A stretch of DNA of 64,000 nt, from the NCBI GenBank assembly GCA_031379665.1, contig JANNFI010000046.1, forward strand, positions 33,899-97,898, read 5' to 3'. Below the pieces are notes generated by a model. The model was not told the DNA's origin. It was given only the letters and a program-made list of their open reading frames with translations, and made no database searches. The DNA comes from Ignavibacteria bacterium (lineage in GTDB: Bacteria; Bacteroidota; Ignavibacteria; UBA10030; SZUA-254). The translations under genes were made by a program, and so were the position numbers. Below are positions 10,330 to 22,011 of this stretch, one piece after another; within the stretch, counting starts at the first letter, position 1, and the number at the start of each line of letters is the position of its first letter.

Positions 10330-11373
10330 TCACTCCCCCCCGGTCATCGAGGCAACCTCGTCCAGGACCATCTGAGGGGTGATCCGTAGCATGCACTCAA
10401 AGGTCCCGATGGGGCAACGGTCACCGCCGTGGATGCTGCAGGGGCGGCACGACAGACCGCCGGTCTCCATCACGGTGTCGCGCACTCCGATCGGACCGAA
10501 ACCGAACCCAGGGATCGTGGCCCCGAAGATGGCGAGAACCGGCGTACCCACCGCCGTCGCGAGATGGAGCGGCGCACTGTCGTTGCAGATGAGAAGCACC
10601 GACTGACGGATCAGTTCGGCGGATCCGCGAACGTCGAACCTGCCGCAGGCGTTGAGGATGCCGGCGCCCCCGACCGCCCCCCCGGCGATGCTCCCGCACA
10701 ATGCCAGATCCTCTGGCCCGCCGATGAGCACGACCAGGTAGCCGAGTTTCACCAACCCGTCCGCCACTGCCGCGTATCGCTCCCCCGGCCACCGCTTCGT
10801 GTTCCAGAGGGTACCGGGGGCGATCGCGACGATCCTTCGCCCCCGCGCGCCGCCGCTCCCGGAGAGAAATCCGGCGACCGCGGTTTTCGACGCTTCTCCT
10901 GGCGCGATCAGGGGGGCTACCCTTGCGGAACGCCCGAGTCCGATCCCTTCAAGCAACCGGAGGTTCCTGTCGATCTCGTGAATGTCTTTTTCATATGACA
11001 CGGTCCGGGTGAACAGCATCCTCCCGGCGCTGGCATCGAAACCGACACGGACGGGGATCCCGGCCGCCCTGGCGAGGAGCGCGCTGCGTAACGAGCGGTG
11101 CGGAATGATGGCACAGCCGTAGCCGCCCCGCTTCACCTCCCGGACGATCCGGAGGAAGCCCCCCACTCCGGAGTCGGCTCCACGCTTGTCGTAGACGAGC
11201 GTCCGACGGAGGTCCGGGTGCCCGGTGATTGCTCCGGCTGTCCGGGGAACCACCATCATATCGATCCTCAGGTCCGGTTCGTTTCTTCGAAGGACCTGTG
11301 CCACCGGCAGCGTGAGGATCACATCCCCGAGGAACGCCGTCTGGACGATCAGGACGGGGTCAGGGACCGTCAT
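10330..11373 (-). CDS. Glycosyltransferase family 9 (LPS heptosyltransferase-like).
   Basis: N-terminal ILIVQTAFLGDVILTLPVAQVLR and C-terminal LICNDSAPLHLATAVGTPVLAIFG motifs, typical of RfaF/RfaC GT9; start at the second Met. Confidence 0.7.
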   Translation of the reverse strand: MTVPDPVLIVQTAFLGDVILTLPVAQVLRRNEPDLRIDMMVVPRTAGAITGHPDLRRTLVYDKRGADSGVGGFLRIVREVKRGGYGCAIIPHRSLRSALLARAAGIPVRVGFDASAGRMLFTRTVSYEKDIHEIDRNLRLLEGIGLGRSARVAPLIAPGEASKTAVAGFLSGSGGARGRRIVAIAPGTLWNTKRWPGERYAAVADGLVKLGYLVVLIGGPEDLALCGSIAGGAVGGAGILNACGRFDVRGSAELIRQSVLLICNDSAPLHLATAVGTPVLAIFGATIPGFGFGPIGVRDTVMETGGLSCRPCSIHGGDRCPIGTFECMLRITPQMVLDEVASMTGGE

Positions 11374-12283
11374 GACCGCTCCCCTCAACACCCTCCGGCG
11401 GAACGATGTGCTTCCAGCGCCGGTGCATCCAGAGCCAGTGATCCGGGTGCAACCGCACGTACCGTTCGAGGACGTTGACGTGACGACGCGTCAGCTCTCT
11501 CACGTTTTCATCGGTGGCGCCAACCAGATCGGCGCCGGGTACCTGCTCGAGGACGAAATCGTATGTGTAGTCGGGTCGGCGGATGACGAATCCCATCATC
11601 ACCGGCACCCCGGCCTTCAGGGCGAACGCCGCCGGACCACGGAAGGTGGCCACTTCCCGGCCAAAAAATGGGATGAAATCGCTCTCCCTCGACGCGCTCT
11701 GGTCGGGGGCAAGCGCCACGACGCCCCCGCTCTTCAGGGTCGTCAGGCACTCCCGGATCGCCCGGTCCATCGGCACCACATTGTTTCCGAAACTACATCG
11801 CAGCGAAGTGACGACCCGGTCGACCAGCCTGTTCGACTGGGTCTTTACGATGACGAGGTAGGGAACGCCCGACAGGGCCGCGCTCCCGACACCCGAGAGC
11901 TCCCAGTTTCCGAAATGTCCGGTGAGGTAAATGAGCGCTCCTCCGCGGGCGATCGCCTCGAAGTGCGGGCGGTTTTCGTTGAAATGCAGGAGGGTCTCCA
12001 ACCCGGGTCGATCGAGTTTTGAAAAACAGAGAAACTCCGACATCGCAATTCCGAAGTTCTCGAAGGCCCCCTTCGCAATGGTTTTCAGGCCGGCCTCGGT
12101 CGACCCGGGGAAGGCGTGCCGCAGGTTGTCCAGCGTGATCGCCCTGCGAGCGGGCATCACGCGGTAGAAGGCGCCCCCCAGGAACCGCCCGGTCCGCTGG
12201 ATCCATGGGAAGGGCATCAGGAGCAGAGCGCCCCTGAATAGCCAGAAGAAGAAATACTCGACACGGTGTGAGATCCGGTTCAC
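11360..12283 (-). CDS. Lipid A biosynthesis late (LpxL/HtrB-type) acyltransferase.
   Basis: LPLAT family pattern (HFGNWE catalytic motif, 307 aa); overlaps the heptosyltransferase gene, suggesting an LPS operon. Confidence 0.7.
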   Translation of the reverse strand: MNRISHRVEYFFFWLFRGALLLMPFPWIQRTGRFLGGAFYRVMPARRAITLDNLRHAFPGSTEAGLKTIAKGAFENFGIAMSEFLCFSKLDRPGLETLLHFNENRPHFEAIARGGALIYLTGHFGNWELSGVGSAALSGVPYLVIVKTQSNRLVDRVVTSLRCSFGNNVVPMDRAIRECLTTLKSGGVVALAPDQSASRESDFIPFFGREVATFRGPAAFALKAGVPVMMGFVIRRPDYTYDFVLEQVPGADLVGATDENVRELTRRHVNVLERYVRLHPDHWLWMHRRWKHIVPPEGVEGSGHDGP

Positions 12284-13671
12284 CGTATCGCTGCCTCCGA
12301 TTCGAACCAGTTTTCGTTCCGCAATTCGTCCAGGTGCGTGGAATGGACGAGGCGGTACGAGCCGAAACCGAGATTGTCGACGAAAATGAAGACGGCTCCC
12401 GCCTGGAGCGATCGATATTCCCAGATCTCGTATGGATGGGCCTCGGTTTCGCTGGGGTGACGTTCGACGTCATCCGGTTCGCCGTAGACGACCGACACCC
12501 TCCCCCTGTCTGAGAGCCATCCCGCCCGGTTCCTCTCCGCGTATTTTCCGTCTGCCTCGCGGATCCTGGAGAGGTACATCTCCCGGGCTCCCGCCGGACC
12601 CGCAACCGGCTCAGATTCCCTCCCGGACCAGAACGTCCTGAGGAAATTTCGCTTCGCGCCGAGGTCGGCGAGCTTCTCGATCTGAGCGCGTTCCGGTTCC
12701 GTGGTCAGGTACCTGATCTTGCGGATTTCGTCGTCGGCCTCCGGTTCGGTCATGAAGGCAAAGATCCTATCCTGCCGATCCGCCGCGGAAGGAGCCGCCT
12801 GTTCCCCGATACCGGGGTTATAGACGAAGAATTTCTTCTCCGAGCTCGCAAGCAGGCGTGGCGGGACCGAGGAGGAGTCGAGCAGTGAGATGAAGAAACG
12901 GTAACTCCCCCCGGGGAGCGAGGCGATGTTCATCGACCCGTATTCCGCGCTCGACTGGAAGGTCCTGGGTTTGCTCTTCGCCTGGGAGACTACCTCCGTA
13001 CCGTGGTTATCGAGGATGGCCGCACGTAGCACAACGTTCGGCCCCGGCGTCAGGTTCAAGTTGTACACTTCAGCGTAAAAATAAACGACCGGCAGCCCCT
13101 GCCCGAACAGCCTGGATGGGTTCGGGATGACCTCAAGCGTGTTCCGGTAGAACGGCGAGCTCTTGTCGCCGGACGGCGTGATCCGGGAGCAGAGTTCGAT
13201 GTCGCTGAGCCCCTCCACCTGCGGCGCGAAACCCCGTACACTCACGGGCATCGACACCGTGTCGGCCCTCGAGAGATCGAGCGAGTCAGCGCCCACCAGG
13301 GACAGCCGGTATTCGCCCCGGCGGAGGGTCAGGGTTTCGAAGCTGAGGATATTCCTGGGTGTCGCGAACTCCGCGCTGTCGCGGATCACCCTCGGAAGGA
13401 CCCACTGCCTCGAATCCACGACCCCGGTGGAGTCGACTACCTGAAGGCTCATCGTCAACGCGCCGATGAATCCGGTCGAGTCCCCCCTGTACGTGAGGCT
13501 GGCCTCGGAGACCCCGTAATACACCTCAAGGTGCGTCAACGAGTCAGGGCCAGCGAACCGGGCGATGTCGACGGCGATTCTGAAGGCGGAACGCACAGGG
13601 ACGGTCTGCGATTGCGCAACCCCAGCGAGGGAGAGAAGGGCGATCAGGACGGATGTTTTTGGAGCGGGCAC
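12280..13671 (-). CDS. GWxTD-domain secreted protein.
   Basis: Signal peptide plus a C-terminal RAGWLSDRGRVSVVYGEPD motif matching the GWxTD domain signature. Confidence 0.65.
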   Translation of the reverse strand: MPAPKTSVLIALLSLAGVAQSQTVPVRSAFRIAVDIARFAGPDSLTHLEVYYGVSEASLTYRGDSTGFIGALTMSLQVVDSTGVVDSRQWVLPRVIRDSAEFATPRNILSFETLTLRRGEYRLSLVGADSLDLSRADTVSMPVSVRGFAPQVEGLSDIELCSRITPSGDKSSPFYRNTLEVIPNPSRLFGQGLPVVYFYAEVYNLNLTPGPNVVLRAAILDNHGTEVVSQAKSKPRTFQSSAEYGSMNIASLPGGSYRFFISLLDSSSVPPRLLASSEKKFFVYNPGIGEQAAPSAADRQDRIFAFMTEPEADDEIRKIRYLTTEPERAQIEKLADLGAKRNFLRTFWSGRESEPVAGPAGAREMYLSRIREADGKYAERNRAGWLSDRGRVSVVYGEPDDVERHPSETEAHPYEIWEYRSLQAGAVFIFVDNLGFGSYRLVHSTHLDELRNENWFESEAAIR

Positions 13672-13767
13672 TGTTCAATCCCCGGGTGCGTAGGTGAGGT
13701 CTGCCGTAAACATATTAAAATCACCAGCGAAAGGCAACCTGAGGGGGCCGGGGACGGTGTTCCCACC

Positions 13768-13809
13768 CGGAAAAATGAAACGGCCCGGGACGAAGGATGG
13801 TCCCGGGCC
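13768..13809 (-). terminator. Rho-independent terminator downstream of the 13837-16176 gene.
   Basis: Perfect 10-bp inverted repeat GGCCCGGGAC/GTCCCGGGCC (13782-13809) followed on the minus strand by a T-rich run. Confidence 0.5.
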
Positions 13810-13836
13810 GCTGTCGCCGCAGCGACTGGTGATTTG

Positions 13837-16176
13837 TCACTTGATGAGCAGCATCCTCTTCGATTGCCGGAAGCCTCCGTCCCCGGCGGAGAGGACATAA
13901 TAGTAGATCCCGGACGAAAAACCGAGGGCATCGAACTCCACTTCCGAGACGCCCTGCTCCAACGGTTCGGCGTCGAGCAGCCTGGCCACTTCACGCCCGA
14001 GCATATCGTAGACGGTGAGGCTCACAAGGGCGTCGGTCCTGAGGGCGAATTCGATCGTCGTGGAAGGGTTGAACGGGTTCGGGTAATTCTGGTAAAGCTC
14101 ATAGTCCAACGGCACGGCCGCGACCGGTTCACGCGGGAAATTCAGCGGTTCCAACAGCGGCGCAACGGCAGCCTGGAGGAAATCAACGCTGTCGATGCTG
14201 ATGACGCCTGTCGTGATCAACGGCACCTTCGAGATGACGGTCAGTGACCCGTAGAAGGCTCCGTTGATCTTCTCGAGCGTCGTGTCGAGGGTCGTCCAGT
14301 TGATCGGTTCATACCGGCCACCGTACGTGAGATAATTGTCCGCCGCCGCGGCGATCCCCCGGAGGGTCATGCCGTTGTAGGGATTGGCGGTATCCGCGTC
14401 GTCGTACGTGAGGTCGCCGAACATCGGGGGCGTCACTTCGGCATCGCTGGCGCCGATGTTGATCTTCAGTGCGATCAGCTCGCCGAGCGTCTTGTTGTTG
14501 TATTTGTCGAGCTTCGGATTCTTCTTTTCGCCGATGAACGGATTGCCGCCAAACGTGGTGTAATAGTCCGAAGGTCCGGTCTGGGGAATGAACTTGGATA
14601 TGTTCACGCCCTTGCTCATCCTGATCCACCCGAACGTCTCGTCGCTGTCCGGTCTGGCCTGGCCGAGGACCATCCCTCCCGGCGCCCCGGGGAAACCCTT
14701 CTTGATCTTGGGATAGGCGGCGGCGAACGCCTCATCACGGAGGTTGGCAAAGTTAGGGACGGACACCTCCGACTTGAGGCTCACGCCCTTTCCGATGATA
14801 TCGGCCTGACGGATCGTCCTGTATTTCAATTCGTCAGGATCAACGTGCTTGATCACGACGAAATCGGTACCCTTGCCCTTCGGTTTGACGCTCGAGGCTG
14901 CCACGTACACGGCGCCGTCGAGCTGGTGCATCCTGTACGGAATATCCTCGCTGTTCGCCGGTCCGTTGTACCGGATGTTCCACTGTTCGTTGCCGCCGTT
15001 GTTGAACCTGATGAGCTTCACGTCGTGTCCGGTGCCGGACCCGACGCTCGAGGCGAGCACCGTGGAGTTATTCCCTCCGACGACGGCAACGCCGGCGTCG
15101 TCGTCGTTGGCGACGCCGCTATGCACTGCGACCCAGTTCTCCGCCCCGTTGCTCTGGTTGTAGCGGATCGTCGTCACGTCGGTGAACGCGCCGGGCCGGA
15201 CGCTCTTCCCGGTGACGAACACGCGCGTATTCGACTGGAGGGCGATGCCGACGCCGTCGTCATCCAGGTGATCAGGACCGTCATAGCGGTTTTCCCAGCC
15301 CGTCGCACCGGTCACCGCGTCGTACTGCAGGGTGAGCATGTCGTATCCGGACGAATCGGTCGCGCTCGAGCCGGTGACGTACAGTTCCGTCGAAGCCCGC
15401 AACACCATGGCCCTCGCGACGCTCGAACCCGTCGTGGACATATACCGCGCACCCCAGAGCGAATCGCCGGTGCCGGGATTATAGCTGATCGTCTGGTACC
15501 CGTTGATCGTGTCCTGGCTCGTACCGGTCACGAAGAGGCCATCGAACCCATCGAGGACCATCGCCGTCACGCTATCGAGGCCGTTCGTCGGTCCGTCGTA
15601 TCGTTTCACCCACTGCTGGACACCGGCGGAATTGTACTTGAGCGTGGCGTAATCCAACCCGCCCGATAGACCGGCGCTCCATCCTGAAACGAAAACGTTC
15701 ATCGAATCGTCGACTGCAATTCCCGACGGGCCGTCGTCCCCGTTTCCCGTGCCGTTGTACCGTACGTTCCAGATCTCGTTGCCGAGGTCATCGTACTTCA
15801 CCGTGGCGATGTCGTAGCCCGATCCTGCGCCGGCGCTCATCCCGGTTACATAGACGTTCCCGGCCGTATCGATCGCAAGAGCGGCGCCTCGGTCCTCGCC
15901 GACGCCATTCTGATAATTCCTGACCCAGAGTCGGATGCCGTCGGAGTTGTATTTCGCGACGGCAAAATCAATGCCGGATGGCTTGTTGTCCATCCAGCCG
16001 GCGGCGTAGACATACCCTGAATCGTCGACGATCACCGAAACGGCGGCATTACTGCCCGTCTTGTTTGTCCCTGTGGTCCTGGAAACCCATTGCCGGGCCA
16101 GCTGCGCCTGGGCGGTGTCCGCGAGGAACGCGCACGACACAATGGCGATGAGAGAAATGGATCTCCCAGGTCTCAT
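13837..16176 (-). CDS. Secreted beta-propeller (SBBP-type repeats) protein with T9SS C-terminal sorting domain.
   Basis: Signal peptide; repeated GYD(I/M)ATVKY / YATLKYN units; C-terminal YQNYPNPFNPSTTIEF...LTVYDMLGREV Por-secretion tail. Confidence 0.75.
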   Translation of the reverse strand: MRPGRSISLIAIVSCAFLADTAQAQLARQWVSRTTGTNKTGSNAAVSVIVDDSGYVYAAGWMDNKPSGIDFAVAKYNSDGIRLWVRNYQNGVGEDRGAALAIDTAGNVYVTGMSAGAGSGYDIATVKYDDLGNEIWNVRYNGTGNGDDGPSGIAVDDSMNVFVSGWSAGLSGGLDYATLKYNSAGVQQWVKRYDGPTNGLDSVTAMVLDGFDGLFVTGTSQDTINGYQTISYNPGTGDSLWGARYMSTTGSSVARAMVLRASTELYVTGSSATDSSGYDMLTLQYDAVTGATGWENRYDGPDHLDDDGVGIALQSNTRVFVTGKSVRPGAFTDVTTIRYNQSNGAENWVAVHSGVANDDDAGVAVVGGNNSTVLASSVGSGTGHDVKLIRFNNGGNEQWNIRYNGPANSEDIPYRMHQLDGAVYVAASSVKPKGKGTDFVVIKHVDPDELKYRTIRQADIIGKGVSLKSEVSVPNFANLRDEAFAAAYPKIKKGFPGAPGGMVLGQARPDSDETFGWIRMSKGVNISKFIPQTGPSDYYTTFGGNPFIGEKKNPKLDKYNNKTLGELIALKINIGASDAEVTPPMFGDLTYDDADTANPYNGMTLRGIAAAADNYLTYGGRYEPINWTTLDTTLEKINGAFYGSLTVISKVPLITTGVISIDSVDFLQAAVAPLLEPLNFPREPVAAVPLDYELYQNYPNPFNPSTTIEFALRTDALVSLTVYDMLGREVARLLDAEPLEQGVSEVEFDALGFSSGIYYYVLSAGDGGFRQSKRMLLIK

Positions 16177-16207
16177 GATGACTCCTGTTTAGGGGGGGAG
16201 AAGCTGA

Positions 16208-18622
<2,415 letters not shown>

Positions 18623-18716
18623 GTCATCTACCGAACGGTGGTAGTATTGAAGCGCGCGTCGAAAATACTCATTGTCGTCAAAGACACTGCGAATCGTCTG
18701 CGGGGAGTTGCAACAA

Positions 18717-18782
18717 GTTACAATTGAATCTCGATTGAATTTCGGTAGAGTTACAGTTGAGTTACAATTGAGTTACAGTCGA
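18717..18782. promoter_or_regulatory. Helically phased 11-bp direct repeats GTTACA(A/G)TTGA in the upstream region of the 16208-18622 gene. Copies start at 18717, 18750, 18761 and 18772.
   Basis: Directly visible; the copy spacing is 33, 11 and 11 bp. Confidence 0.5.
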
Positions 18783-18795
18783 GCGACAGCCTTGT

Positions 18796-21700
18796 TCAGC
18801 GTATCAGTGCCGCTTTTCGAACAGTGCTGAACGTCCTTTGAATCTGCTCGCCTGCCCCCGGCTCCGGTACCGCGGTCAGCGCGATGAAGTACACCCCCGA
18901 ACCGAGAGGCATGCCGTCATCTCCCCGCGCCGACCACTCAAAGACATGATCACCGGCGGAATATTGCCGAACCGTCCCTTTCGAAACGACCTCTCCGAGA
19001 ACGTTGTAGACGGTCACTGAAACGATTGATTCGGAAGGCAGCGCAATCGCAACCCGGGTTGATGGATTGAAGGGGTTCGGATAACACTGACCCATCGAAA
19101 ACCCGGCAGGTATTCCGCCGTTACCGATTCCACGGGGCTGGACTCTGAGGAAAAATTTCGAGTAGGATGTGTGCGAATATCCAGCCTTCCCTCCGCCTTT
19201 CAGGGGGACCTTCGAAACTTCCTGGGTGCCGACCCTCTCAATAAGAATATAATCGAAAAAATCCTGAATTTCTACATTCCATGAAAAATTTATTTCACTT
19301 TCGCCGTTTTTAAGGACGATTTCATACTCGACCGGGTAATTCAGGGAGTCACTATGAAACACCCCAATTTTCGCATTTTTAAAGGAATGGCCGCCCTCCT
19401 GGCCGGGCGGTGCCGGCGGGGCATCGAGTGTCCCAACCTCCCCCCTGGCCCCAAAGTAGAGGGTCGACACACCGGACCCAATTCCGACATTGAGTGAGTG
19501 TGAAATACTTCCCCTCGAACCGTGTGCGGCAGCTTCGCTCCGGGCGACAACGGCCTGCGTGATGATCAACGATCCGCTGTCCAGGCACTTCACCCAGTAT
19601 CCTCCGCCGGGCGCCAGGGAATCGGATATTTGGTATCCCGACGGAGTGTATCCGTAATACGGCGAGGTGACGAGGCTCTCCGGAACGCTCAGGATGGTGG
19701 CGACCGGTGTGGCCGCCGTGAGGGCGCCAATGATGTTCCAGCCCTTCTGTACGGCGATCGTTTCGGCTGTGACGGGGCAGCCGGTCAGGGTGGCCTGTTC
19801 GGTCCGGATCCAGTACCCTTCCCCGTGCCTGAGCGTGTCCCGTCGGAGGTACCCGTTGCGGTAACCGTATGCGCCACCCGGCGAGAAAGGAAAGAGCCTG
19901 TCCGCCCGCCGGTCGCCGGTTTCCACCGGCAGCGACATCAGGACCCACGCCCCGTTCCCCGGGATCGTGACGACGGAGCCGGGACACTGGAGGACTTCCA
20001 GATCGCCGACTGACTGGTCTGGTACAAGGAGGGTGCTGTCCCGTCGCATGTTGGCGTTCAGGCGGTCTCCGCCGGTGGCGAGGTCCCGGATGACGATCGT
20101 CCCGGCCCTGAGACTCTCCGGATCCCACGAGAGGGTGAGAGGGTAACCGTCCGGGCCTGGTTGCGCTCGCGCGCGGTACCGGTGTTCGTCCGCCGGACCC
20201 GCAAGTGTGTCACGGTAGTCCCGCCGGACGCCGTTCGTGCCGGCCAGATCCCAGCGGGCGTCGAAGGTCCCGCCCGGGGGCACTGCGGGGAGCTCGGATT
20301 CGCCGAGCCCGACATCGATCGAGTCGGTGGCGGCGGCGAGGTTCCCGAAGGAGAGCGTGTCGGCGCCGGATCCGCCGTCCGTGACGAGAAGCCATCCGGT
20401 GAATTCCGCCGGAGATAGGATCGAAAAGGTCGAGTCGCTCACGTCGACGATGGAGGTATCGTCGACGCCCCGTATCCTGACCAAACCCGTCTGTGTTGTC
20501 ACGTCGGGCACGGTCCAGTCGAAAGCCCCCGCGTCCGCCGGGGCTTCGGTAACGTACGTCCATCCGGCGCCCCCGTCGGTCGAATATTCAATTGTCACGC
20601 TGTCGAGGCTGAAGGCGATCCAGAAGATCGTCGCGCCGGAGCCTGCGTCGAGGGCCTCGCCCCCGTCGGGCGATTTCACGGTGAGGTACGCGTCGGTGAG
20701 TGTGAACAACGATTCGCTCGTCCCCGCGGTGGAAGTGAACAGGGCGTCGGAGATCCGGACCAGGCACGACTCCGAGATGGTCGGCGGGGTCGCCCAGAGG
20801 TACGACGCCTGCGAGGCGGGCACGCTGTCCGCGATGACGTTCCACGAAGCGCCGTTGTCGGTCGAATACTCCAGTCGCACGCGATAGAGGCCGGTCGAGG
20901 ACCACGTGATGGCATACTGGGAATCGCCCAGCCAGACCTCGCCTCCGTCGGGCTGGAGGACGTCGATGCCCGTCGGGTACTGGTATTTATGGATGCCGTT
21001 CGACTGGAGCGCCAGGAGGGTGAGGGAGTCGAGCGTGAGGAGGCCATAGTTGAAGTGAGAGCCCGGCATAAGGCCGTCGTTGATCTTCGACCAGTTGTCA
21101 CCGGAATCCCTTGAGAAATAAATTCCGAGCTTTGACGTGTCGCCGAAATAGGTTCCATAGTACACATACCCGGGGTGGACCGGGGAACAGGTCACCCACC
21201 AGGTATCGAGGTTGCCAGAGGGAACCGTGATATTATGCCAGGTCTCGCCCCAGTCCGTCGACTTGACCATCCCCCCTCCCCCTCCGAACTTGCTCGCATA
21301 GGCCACCCTCGGGTTGAGCGGATCGATCGCGATACTCGGGATCTCACCGAGGGTCGCATAGACCTTGCGCCATGACGAGCCGTGGTCTGCGGTCTTCCAG
21401 ATGCCGGAGAGATTGTCGCCGGCGTACATCACCGCGGCGCTGTCCGGCCGGAGCGACGCGTCACACCAGGCGTTGAACCCACGCCCGGTGCAGACGGTGT
21501 CCCAGGTCAATCCGAAATCGATCGACCGATAGACCGTATCGAGGCCCATGGTGTAGACGGTGTCGGGATGGGAAGCGGAGAATTCGACAGGCTGGCCGTA
21601 GTACGAGAAGCTCCCGGACCAGGTCTCGGTCCAGGTCAGGCCCCCGTCAGAGGATCGCATGATGCGGTCGGGGAACCCGACGCTCGACTCCATACCCACG

Positions 21701-21975
21701 AGCATCTGCAGGGTGTCGGCAGGATTGACGGAGACAGATTTCACGATGCCCCCGCCGGTGACGAGCGCGCCGTAGTTCGCCCAGTTGTACCCGCGATCCC
21801 GGCTGACGAAGACGCGGTTGCCGCCGGCCGCCGCGTAAAGCACGTCCTGGTTCAGCGGGTTGACTGCAAGGGGATTACCCAGCCCCGGTCCCGAGATTTT
21901 CTTCACCCAGGCCTGGGCGGAGAGTCCCGCGGCCAGGATCGCGGTCAGGCACAACAGTGCGATCCCGATACGCAT
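18796..21975 (-). CDS. Secreted BNR/sortilin-type beta-propeller multi-domain protein with T9SS C-terminal domain.
   Basis: Signal peptide; SxDxGxTW BNR-like motifs (SSDGGLTW, STDWGETW, STDNGASW); C-terminal QCYPNPFNPSTRVAI...VTVYNVLGEVV. Confidence 0.7.
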   Translation of the reverse strand: MRIGIALLCLTAILAAGLSAQAWVKKISGPGLGNPLAVNPLNQDVLYAAAGGNRVFVSRDRGYNWANYGALVTGGGIVKSVSVNPADTLQMLVGMESSVGFPDRIMRSSDGGLTWTETWSGSFSYYGQPVEFSASHPDTVYTMGLDTVYRSIDFGLTWDTVCTGRGFNAWCDASLRPDSAAVMYAGDNLSGIWKTADHGSSWRKVYATLGEIPSIAIDPLNPRVAYASKFGGGGGMVKSTDWGETWHNITVPSGNLDTWWVTCSPVHPGYVYYGTYFGDTSKLGIYFSRDSGDNWSKINDGLMPGSHFNYGLLTLDSLTLLALQSNGIHKYQYPTGIDVLQPDGGEVWLGDSQYAITWSSTGLYRVRLEYSTDNGASWNVIADSVPASQASYLWATPPTISESCLVRISDALFTSTAGTSESLFTLTDAYLTVKSPDGGEALDAGSGATIFWIAFSLDSVTIEYSTDGGAGWTYVTEAPADAGAFDWTVPDVTTQTGLVRIRGVDDTSIVDVSDSTFSILSPAEFTGWLLVTDGGSGADTLSFGNLAAATDSIDVGLGESELPAVPPGGTFDARWDLAGTNGVRRDYRDTLAGPADEHRYRARAQPGPDGYPLTLSWDPESLRAGTIVIRDLATGGDRLNANMRRDSTLLVPDQSVGDLEVLQCPGSVVTIPGNGAWVLMSLPVETGDRRADRLFPFSPGGAYGYRNGYLRRDTLRHGEGYWIRTEQATLTGCPVTAETIAVQKGWNIIGALTAATPVATILSVPESLVTSPYYGYTPSGYQISDSLAPGGGYWVKCLDSGSLIITQAVVARSEAAAHGSRGSISHSLNVGIGSGVSTLYFGARGEVGTLDAPPAPPGQEGGHSFKNAKIGVFHSDSLNYPVEYEIVLKNGESEINFSWNVEIQDFFDYILIERVGTQEVSKVPLKGGGKAGYSHTSYSKFFLRVQPRGIGNGGIPAGFSMGQCYPNPFNPSTRVAIALPSESIVSVTVYNVLGEVVSKGTVRQYSAGDHVFEWSARGDDGMPLGSGVYFIALTAVPEPGAGEQIQRTFSTVRKAALIR

Positions 21976-22011
21976 ATCAGCGCCAGGTGGCGGACATCGC
22001 GTTCTCCGGGG

